The notes under the pieces: generated by a model
What the model was told of the DNA's origin: nothing
The model's database searches: none
What the model saw: the letters and a program-made list of their open reading frames with translations, nothing else
In this document: one piece after another, positions 1-6,586 of the stretch
Layout of the letters: each line of letters starts with the position of its first letter
How positions within the stretch are numbered: the stretch's first letter is position 1
Source of the DNA: a virus
Lineage: Duplodnaviria; Caudoviricetes
Direction: 5' to 3' (one strand)
Length of the DNA: 37,646 nucleotides
Virus record (IMG/VR): IMGVR_UViG_3300046807_000001
Location: 1-37,646 of that record
Position numbers and translations under genes: made by a program

Positions 1-211
1 GACTTCACAATGAGCGCCACCGGTAAATACATCAACCCTTCACTGCAACAGCGGTGGGCCTACTTTGCAATGGGCTGGGAAATGAAGGAGGCAACGACAT
101 GAAATCCACCATAGAAATGGCCCGTGATGCATGGGCAAAAGCAGGTGAAGGTTGGGTTGACCAGCATTGGTATGCAGACCGCGAAAAGGCATTCAAGGAG
201 TTTGAAGCCCT
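1..211. repeat. Terminal direct repeat / circular assembly overlap, copy 1
   Basis: 1-211 matches 37436-37646 except T128 vs G37563. Confidence 0.95.
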
Positions 212-707
212 TGTTCGTGCTGATGAGCGCAACAAAGTCTGGTCGCAAAAGCACTGGACTGAGTACGAACAAGCCATCGTTGCCGCAGAGCGTGAGCGAT
301 GCAATTCAGAATGTTTTAAAGCACCTGTGCAGGAGCCTGTGGCGTGGATGTGCCATCCATTCGGAGACAGTGAGGTCGAATACGGACCGCATCAGCAATG
401 CGAAAACTGCATGCCCCTCTACACCACCCCACCCGCAGCACAGCGGCAATGGGTTGGGCTGGACTGGCTACCAAAACATAAATGCGGCTTGCACCTAAGC
501 CACAACGAACACCGTGATGTCTACGAAACTGTTGAGCAGTTTTATGACGCTGACGATTTCATCTCGGAAGAAGAATGGTACAAGGCTGTTGCAGAAGATA
601 GCGTGTGGGTGCTGCATTGGTATCCAAACACGCCCGTTGGTTTCACTCGCATTGCCGCATCAACACTGGAAGCCATCGAAGCCAAACTCAAGGAGAAGAA
701 CACATAG
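99..707 (+). CDS. Mosaic phage hypothetical protein with QEPVAW/PLYTTPP linker motifs (Ea22/EaA-like modular type)
   Basis: ATG at 99 overlaps the upstream stop (ATGA), SD AAGGAGG; short motifs LVRADER, AAERE, QEPVAW, PLYTTPP, AIEAKLKEKNT that recur in phage early proteins. Confidence 0.75.
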   Translation: MKSTIEMARDAWAKAGEGWVDQHWYADREKAFKEFEALVRADERNKVWSQKHWTEYEQAIVAAERERCNSECFKAPVQEPVAWMCHPFGDSEVEYGPHQQCENCMPLYTTPPAAQRQWVGLDWLPKHKCGLHLSHNEHRDVYETVEQFYDADDFISEEEWYKAVAEDSVWVLHWYPNTPVGFTRIAASTLEAIEAKLKEKNT

Positions 708-729
708 AAAAAGGGGCCAGAGGCCCTTT
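708..729. terminator. Intrinsic terminator between convergent genes (best on minus strand)
   Basis: AAGGGGCC-AGA-GGCCCTTT; on the minus strand the stem is followed by 5 U, just after the primase stop at 732. Confidence 0.65.
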
Positions 730-731
730 GA

Positions 732-3209
732 TCAATCCAGCAACTCGGCCCCGTACACACGGGGCTTTTCTTTTCTGGACAGCCTGTAAATATCATCCAG
801 TTGACGCTGTTTGGCATCGATCACGGCCTTACGGTGGTCCTTGAACTGCACAGCCAGCGCGGGGTTGATGGCCCACTGGGCATGGTGTTGGTTCTCTTTT
901 GACCCATCGTCCATGCGCATGACCCATCTGCCCTGCTCCAAAGGATACATAGCCCCGTAGATCATCTGATCCTGCTGCCATACGTTGACCTTTTCAATCT
1001 GACGGCGTGCTGACCGTTTGATCTCGGCCAGCGTGATTGTGGGCTCATCGGCGTGCTGGATGATGTAGTCCCGCAGCCAGGTGTCGAAGTTGGACGCACC
1101 GGACAACTCGCTCAGGGCATACCGGTAAGCTGGAACCACGTAGGACTGGACCAAGTGGATTACGCGCTTGGCCAGGTCTGCGGACACTGTCATGCTGAAG
1201 GGCGATTCGATCAGGTGGAACATGAGCATGATGCGCCCGGCCAAGCCCTCGATCTTGCCGAAGGCAGTCATGAACGTGTCGTCAGACTGGAGCAGGCGTT
1301 CATCGTGGCGCTTGGCGTCGTACCAGTCTTGGAACTCCTGATACACGGCCTTGGCCTCGGGGGACAGCTGGTAAGTCATGGGAGGCAGGGCGAACACGAT
1401 GCGCAAGGTCTGCTCCCATTGCTGCTTGTTAAGCAGGTAATCGGGGATCTCCACGGGCTTGCGGGTCAGGTCACCGTTCAAGATGCATGGCACGAACCGC
1501 TGCACCAGACCATCGGCGCTCAGGTTGTGCAGGTTCTCACGGAACACACGGGGCTGGATGTTGCCGTAGATGCTGACAGCCAGGTTCTCGGCAAAGATCG
1601 AGCCACTGCCCACACGGTCCATCTCATAGCTACTCGACTCATATGCCTTGACCCATGCCGAGCGATCCTCGCCGCTGGCCTTGTCTGTCAGCTTGCGCAC
1701 CCAGCTGTTCATTTCGTCAAGGGCGCACAGCAGGCCCCGTGGGCGGTCAGCTGCCAGGCGCACCAGCTTCTGGCTGGTCACGTCATCGACGGTGATGCGC
1801 AGGGGTACGGGTTGCGGTGGCAGGTCATGCACTTGGGGTGCTTGATCAGCGCCAAGCATGGCGTCAGGGCTGGCCGAGAACTCAAGGAACGCCTTTTTGC
1901 TGCTGGCGAACATGGCCTCTTGACCTTCCCAGTCGAGCAGCTCCTTTTTAAACCGTGGACGGTCTTCCATCTCGAGGTTCTTGAGTGGGGCCAGCATGGG
2001 CGCAGAGCCTGGCGTTTTCTTGTCCGCGGGCGCTCCGATGGTCATGAGCCAAAGCACCGGTGGCACCTTGAAGTCCTTGATCAGCTCGAGGCGGGTGCGG
2101 GCATCCACGACACCACAAACAGCCGCCAAGCCTGCGAACAAAGGCACCAAAGGGTCACAGCCCACTGTCTGGCCGATCTCCTCGGCCCGGCGGGCAATGA
2201 CAGCAGGCCACAGGGACACATCCATCATCGGTGGCCGTGGCCGCAGGTCAACGATGACCGACTTTGGGTCGGCGGGTGCCTCTACAGCCGCGAACATGGA
2301 CGAGATGTCGGGCAAAGGCTTGACCCAGCCGTGCTGCTTGGCGATGTGGAACAGACTGCCCAGTTTGACCGCTGTGGCCTTGTCATTTCTGAAGCTGACC
2401 CACTGGTTGACAATTTCCTTTTCACCAGGGTATTTGTCAACCGACTGCTGACTCCAGTCGTGCCAGAGCGTCAGGCCCTGATCCAACTGATCCGTTTGGT
2501 CACCGGCCCACTTGAGCGCCATGCCCACGGTGACCCACTCCTCACGGGAGCAGTTGGCGGGGATCGCCTCGAGGGCTGATCGGATGTCGGACCATGATGC
2601 ATCGATGGCCTCACCTGTGCCAATGGTGCGCTCTTTGTCCTGCGCCAGCATGCCCTGCCACAGATCAAGCAGGGGCTGGGGGATCATGGGCAGACGGGTC
2701 CAGTGGCCTTTGCCAGCCCATCGGTAGGGCTGGAGCGTGTCGGGGTGAATCGATGGGGGCATGACATCCTGCACCGTCAGGCCGTTGGCCGTGGCGCAGC
2801 GCAACTCATAGGCTGTGACGCTGTTGATCAGGATCTTCTTGGACGGCAGGGCCAGACCGAAGGGCATCTGGTACAGCAATTTGCCGTGACCAGCCCTGCC
2901 CGAGTCCACGATGACAGCATTGTTTGCATCATACAACGCTTGCAGATCGATCCCGTGTTGCTTGAGCGCAACAGTGGTGTTGTCCCACTCGTCAATGTCT
3001 AGCGCCATGGTGCCACTGTAGGCATGGGCCAAGCCGATGCCGTAGCCTGCGGGCAGATCACCTTGGGACTTCAGTGCGTTGGCCTTGACGTTCCATCCTG
3101 CTGTGCGTGGCCCCTTGGTGCCTGCTGGGATGGGCACAAGTGACCAGCCGTGACGGATGTACGCATCAATGGATGCGGGGTGTGCTTGAACGGTTGGTAT
3201 TGCTGTCAT
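732..3209 (-). CDS. Bifunctional primase-polymerase (Prim-Pol + PriCT-2) fused to DUF3987-type helicase-like domain
   Basis: 825 aa; N-terminal GWSLVPI..GTKGP..GW, ALDID, GHG, MPPSIHP; PriCT-2 REEWVTVGMAL..WHDWS..KY; degenerate P-loop GAPADKKT and LCALDE. Confidence 0.88.
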   Translation of the reverse strand: MTAIPTVQAHPASIDAYIRHGWSLVPIPAGTKGPRTAGWNVKANALKSQGDLPAGYGIGLAHAYSGTMALDIDEWDNTTVALKQHGIDLQALYDANNAVIVDSGRAGHGKLLYQMPFGLALPSKKILINSVTAYELRCATANGLTVQDVMPPSIHPDTLQPYRWAGKGHWTRLPMIPQPLLDLWQGMLAQDKERTIGTGEAIDASWSDIRSALEAIPANCSREEWVTVGMALKWAGDQTDQLDQGLTLWHDWSQQSVDKYPGEKEIVNQWVSFRNDKATAVKLGSLFHIAKQHGWVKPLPDISSMFAAVEAPADPKSVIVDLRPRPPMMDVSLWPAVIARRAEEIGQTVGCDPLVPLFAGLAAVCGVVDARTRLELIKDFKVPPVLWLMTIGAPADKKTPGSAPMLAPLKNLEMEDRPRFKKELLDWEGQEAMFASSKKAFLEFSASPDAMLGADQAPQVHDLPPQPVPLRITVDDVTSQKLVRLAADRPRGLLCALDEMNSWVRKLTDKASGEDRSAWVKAYESSSYEMDRVGSGSIFAENLAVSIYGNIQPRVFRENLHNLSADGLVQRFVPCILNGDLTRKPVEIPDYLLNKQQWEQTLRIVFALPPMTYQLSPEAKAVYQEFQDWYDAKRHDERLLQSDDTFMTAFGKIEGLAGRIMLMFHLIESPFSMTVSADLAKRVIHLVQSYVVPAYRYALSELSGASNFDTWLRDYIIQHADEPTITLAEIKRSARRQIEKVNVWQQDQMIYGAMYPLEQGRWVMRMDDGSKENQHHAQWAINPALAVQFKDHRKAVIDAKQRQLDDIYRLSRKEKPRVYGAELLD

Positions 3210-3214
3210 ACAAT
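3186..3214 (+). promoter_or_regulatory. Sigma70-like promoter antisense to the primase leader
   Basis: TTGAAC (3186-3191) - 17 nt - TACAAT (3209-3214). Confidence 0.65.
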
Positions 3215-3250
3215 GGACTCGCTGGTGATCGCAGTTGCCAGTTTCTTCAT
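3206..3250 (-). CDS. 14-aa leader peptide MKKLATAITSESIV translationally coupled to the primase
   Basis: SD AAAGGA upstream of ATG 3250; its TGA overlaps the primase ATG (ATGA); the primase has no good SD of its own. Confidence 0.6.
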   Translation of the reverse strand: MKKLATAITSESIV

Positions 3251-3300
3251 GGTGTTTGTCCTTTAAAAGCCCTGACTCACAAGGTCAGGGCTTTTTCTTT
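3221..3300 (+). ncRNA. Predicted ~80-nt cis-antisense RNA with two stem-loops
   Basis: Promoter upstream; 5' hairpin 3221-3242 using G-U pairs; unpaired linker complementary to the leader SD and AUG; terminator hairpin plus U-tract. Confidence 0.55.
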
Positions 3301-3301
3301 T
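3265..3301 (+). terminator. Intrinsic terminator
   Basis: AAAAGCCCTGAC-TCACAAG-GTCAGGGCTTTT followed by TCTTTT. Confidence 0.8.
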
Positions 3302-3320
3302 GCAAAAATATTTTGTTGAT

Positions 3321-3361
3321 GTTGCACATCGTATCACAAGTTGTGATACACTTTGTGCAAC
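3321..3361. promoter_or_regulatory. Palindromic operator with overlapping divergent extended -10 promoters
   Basis: GTTGCACA..GTATCACAA-G-TTGTGATAC....TGTGCAAC; TGaTACACT on + (3344-3352) and TGaTACGAT on - (3328-3336). Confidence 0.7.
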
Positions 3362-3378
3362 CGATCAGGAAATAAATC

Positions 3379-3576
3379 ATGGCAACCAAATCCAAATCAA
3401 AGTTTCTGACCATTCGGGTGACACCCGATGATCACAAGAAATTTCACACAAAGGTCAAGAAGTTCGGGCAACCGTCTGAGGTCTTGCGTGAAATCATTCA
3501 GGCGTTCATTGACGACCGCCTGACTATTCAACCTCCCGTTACCGTAAAGGAATCTCTCTATGTCACTCGAAGCTGA
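3379..3576 (+). CDS. Ribbon-helix-helix (CopG/Arc-like) transcriptional regulator
   Basis: 65 aa; FLTIRV beta-strand then helices, G.PSEVLREII; SD AGGA. Confidence 0.7.
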   Translation: MATKSKSKFLTIRVTPDDHKKFHTKVKKFGQPSEVLREIIQAFIDDRLTIQPPVTVKESLYVTRS

Positions 3577-3994
3577 AATCAAAGCACTGGCTCAAGCCGT
3601 GATCAACCTGACTGCCAAAATCGAAGGCATCAATGTAACAGCCCCTGCCACTGTTGCGCCAACACCCGCACCCGTGGTACAAGCTGCCCCCGTGGTTGTG
3701 TCTGTCATTGACACCCCTGTTGCCGCACCTGCCCCAGTAATGACGGCTCCCGCGATGCCAGCGCCTCCTGCATTCGTGACCCCTGCTCCTGTTGCTGCCC
3801 CTGTGGTCACTGGCGCACCGTTCACTGACGGCAAGGGTCTGATCGATTACGTCATGGGTGCATACAAGGCTTTGGGTGCTACCAAGGGCGCACAGATCCA
3901 GAACGTGCTGGTGAATCTGGGTTACCAGAACATCAACGATGTCAAGCCTGAGCACTACGGTCAATTGTTCGCTGGTGTGGAAGCACTCAAGTGA
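3560..3994 (+). CDS. Hypothetical protein with Ala/Pro-rich linker, typical upstream of DUF2800
   Basis: 144 aa; SD AAGGA; N-terminal helix, AP-rich linker, small C-terminal domain. Confidence 0.8.
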   Translation: MSLEAEIKALAQAVINLTAKIEGINVTAPATVAPTPAPVVQAAPVVVSVIDTPVAAPAPVMTAPAMPAPPAFVTPAPVAAPVVTGAPFTDGKGLIDYVMGAYKALGATKGAQIQNVLVNLGYQNINDVKPEHYGQLFAGVEALK

Positions 3995-5298
3995 GCACAC
4001 ACGCCCAACTGTCTCCATCAAAGCGTAGCCGCTGGGCCTTGTGCCCTGGCTCGATTCGAGAGGAAGCCAAGTACCCCGATACCGGTAGCGGCCCCGCTGC
4101 CGTTGACGGGACGCACAGCCACACGCTGCTGGAGCGATGCATTGGTTCATCCGAGCCAGCCGCAGCCTACATTGGCGCATCGCTGACTGACCACGAAGGT
4201 GACTTCATCGTGGACAAGGCCCGTGCAGATCGTGTGCAGGTCGCTCTTGACTACATCGCCAAACGAGTGGTCGAGGAGTCCACACCGTTCTTGGTGCCCA
4301 AGGTCATCAGCGAAACCCGTGTGGACCCTGCACACCTGCTCGGTCGTGACGACTTGTCGGGCACCGTGGACATCCAGATCCACGGGTACGACATGCTTGA
4401 GCTAATCGACTACAAGGATGGTATGGGTGTCGTTAGCGCAGAAGGCAACATGCAGCTTGAGCAGTACGCCTACGGTGTACTGGCTGGCTTCAAGTTGCCC
4501 GTTAACGGCACCTATCCCTTCAAGACGGTGCGCATGACCATCATTCAGCCCAAGTTGGCGCTGCGCGGGATGCCTGCAATCACGTCGCACGATGTGGCTG
4601 TAAGCGAACTGTTGGCCAACATGGGTACAATCGTGGCTCAAGCTGCTGCAACTGACAAACCAGATGCACCGCTTGTGCCGGGTGAAAGTCAATGTAAATT
4701 CTGCCGTGCCAAGGGTTCCTGCTCTGCACTGGCAAACAACGTAATGAAAGAGGTCGGGATCATGTTCCAACCAGTCGTAACGCAAACACTCGATGTCGCA
4801 CAGCAAAGTGCCGACAAAGATCCATCCACGATGGACGATGCCCAGATCGCTCAGATCATGGAAGCTGCTCCCCTGATGCGTCAACTTCTCGAAGGTGTCG
4901 AGGCTGAAGCGCTGCGCCGCATGCAAGCTGGTCAAACCATCCCCGGCCTCAAGCTGGTCAATGGTCGTGGCTCCCGTGCATGGGCATTGCCTGAAGCCGA
5001 GATGGCCGAGAAGCTGGTGAAGATGGGCATTCCCAAGGGCGCTGTCTACGAAACCAAACTCGTGTCCCCTGCCAAGGCTGAGAAGCTGACGTGGGAAAAG
5101 CGTGATGGCACCAAAGTCCAACTGACCGAGCGCCAACTCAAACGCATGGATCAAGAGTACGTGGCCAAGATGGCTGGCAAGCTCACCGTGGCCCCCGAAT
5201 CTGACAGCCGCCCCGCTGTCATCATGAATGCTGCGCCGCTGTTCAGCGCAGTAGAGGCAGCACCCGCTGCCGAATCCCTGCCCTCGTGGCTTTCTTAA
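3991..5298 (+). CDS. Cas4-like PD-(D/E)XK nuclease, DUF2800 family
   Basis: HAQLSPS..RW..CPGS, GT..H, GTVD, IDYKDG, QLEQYA, C-terminal CKFCRAKGSC, GLKLVNGR. Confidence 0.9.
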   Translation: MSTHAQLSPSKRSRWALCPGSIREEAKYPDTGSGPAAVDGTHSHTLLERCIGSSEPAAAYIGASLTDHEGDFIVDKARADRVQVALDYIAKRVVEESTPFLVPKVISETRVDPAHLLGRDDLSGTVDIQIHGYDMLELIDYKDGMGVVSAEGNMQLEQYAYGVLAGFKLPVNGTYPFKTVRMTIIQPKLALRGMPAITSHDVAVSELLANMGTIVAQAAATDKPDAPLVPGESQCKFCRAKGSCSALANNVMKEVGIMFQPVVTQTLDVAQQSADKDPSTMDDAQIAQIMEAAPLMRQLLEGVEAEALRRMQAGQTIPGLKLVNGRGSRAWALPEAEMAEKLVKMGIPKGAVYETKLVSPAKAEKLTWEKRDGTKVQLTERQLKRMDQEYVAKMAGKLTVAPESDSRPAVIMNAAPLFSAVEAAPAAESLPSWLS

Positions 5299-5313
5299 AC
5301 TGGAGTAAATGTA

Positions 5314-5985
5314 ATGTCCGAAATCATCTTCCTGTCCGATGTCCGTTTGTCTTTCCCCCACCTCGCTGAACCCCAGCGCCAGGTTAACGAGGCCACCGGC
5401 AAAGAGCGCATCAGCTACAACTGCGAGTTCATCATGCCGCAGGATCATCCTGGCTTTCAGCAGTTCATGGCCCGTTACGGTGCCTTGGCACTGGAGAAGT
5501 GGAAAGAGCACGCCCAGACTGTCATGGGCATGATCCAACAGGATCGCAAGACCCGCTGCTTCGGTATGGGTAACGAGAAGATCAACAAAAAGACCTTCCA
5601 ACCCTATGACGGCTACGTCAACAACGTGTTCATCACTGCTGGCCGCGATAGCGCACCTCAGATGATCCAGGCTGACGGCTCCCCTGTGGACCCCAGCAAC
5701 ACGATGGCCTACCAGCAGCTGGCCCGCAAGATGTACGGTGGTTGCCGTGTCAACGCAGCGATTAAGCCTTGGCCACAGGACAACAAGCATGGCCGTGGCA
5801 TCCGCTGCGACTTGATTGCTGTTCAGTTCTTCAAGGACGACACACCATTTGGTGAAGGTGCCGTGGACGCATCGAACCTGTTTGGCGCTGTGGCCGGTGC
5901 TGCTCCTGCTGGCTTTGGTGCTGTGGCTCCTGCGATGCCCGCTGCACCGTTTGCTGGCCTGCCATCCTTCCTGGGTGGTCAGTAA
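5314..5985 (+). CDS. Single-stranded DNA-binding protein, DUF2815 family
   Basis: VRLSFPHL, YGGCRVNA, GIRCDLIAVQFFKD..PFG; lies between DUF2800 and the polymerase. Confidence 0.88.
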   Translation: MSEIIFLSDVRLSFPHLAEPQRQVNEATGKERISYNCEFIMPQDHPGFQQFMARYGALALEKWKEHAQTVMGMIQQDRKTRCFGMGNEKINKKTFQPYDGYVNNVFITAGRDSAPQMIQADGSPVDPSNTMAYQQLARKMYGGCRVNAAIKPWPQDNKHGRGIRCDLIAVQFFKDDTPFGEGAVDASNLFGAVAGAAPAGFGAVAPAMPAAPFAGLPSFLGGQ

Positions 5986-5992
5986 TTAAATC

Positions 5993-6070
5993 GGGGCTGA
6001 AAGCGGATGCTGTGACCGAAAGCCGGTTCAACCAAGTTGTTCCAAGCCACAGACGCAGCGAGTAGGCCCC
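5993..6070 (+). ncRNA. Candidate structured RNA with loop-E/S-turn internal loop
   Basis: GGGGCU/GGCCCC closing stem, GAAA/GAGUA internal loop, further pairings, inner hairpins ACCG/CGGU and CAAC/GUUG; no U-tract. Confidence 0.55.
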
Positions 6071-6091
6071 ACTTTGTAAGGAGTAATAGTA

Positions 6092-6586
6092 ATGGTTACG
6101 CAAGAAAGATTGAAGCAGTTGCTTCATTATGATCCTGTGACCGGAGTGTTCACACGGATTCAATCCAGTCGATCAGATCGCTTAGGCCAACAACCTGGAT
6201 CGCGCAACACCAAAGGTCACATTCAAATACGAATTGACGGTAAGTTGTATGTCGCCCATCGACTTGCGTGGTTGTATGTCAATGGTCAGTTTCCAATCAA
6301 TCAGCTTGACCATATTGATGGTGACAAAACCAACAACAAATTTGGCAATCTTCGCACCGCTACAAATAAACAGAACCAAGAAAATGTGCCGCTTCAAACG
6401 AACAACACTTCTGGTTATAGAGGTGTTTCTTTTGACAAACGGGTAAACAAGTTTCGGGCTTACGTTTGTCACAACAGAAAGAACATTACGATTGGTTTGT
6501 TCGCAACTGGTGAAGATGCTGCAATTGCAGCACGTTCGGTTCGTGATCAATTGTTCACCCACCACCACACGGAATACGCAGCATGA
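6092..6586 (+). CDS. Free-standing HNH homing endonuclease with AP2-like DNA-binding domain
   Basis: YDP.TG.F, AHRLAW.Y, DHIDGDKTNN..NLR, NTSGYRGV, IGLF; more AT-rich than neighbours. Confidence 0.92.
   Translation: MVTQERLKQLLHYDPVTGVFTRIQSSRSDRLGQQPGSRNTKGHIQIRIDGKLYVAHRLAWLYVNGQFPINQLDHIDGDKTNNKFGNLRTATNKQNQENVPLQTNNTSGYRGVSFDKRVNKFRAYVCHNRKNITIGLFATGEDAAIAARSVRDQLFTHHHTEYAA

Noticed and set aside
3991-5298. Cas4 as evidence of a CRISPR-Cas system
   Set aside because: It is the solo DUF2800 nuclease standard in this replication module; no other cas genes
5993-6070. Hammerhead ribozyme, tRNA or terminator
   Set aside because: No CUGAnGA...GAAA core arrangement, no T-loop/cloverleaf and no U-tract; kept only as an unassigned structured RNA
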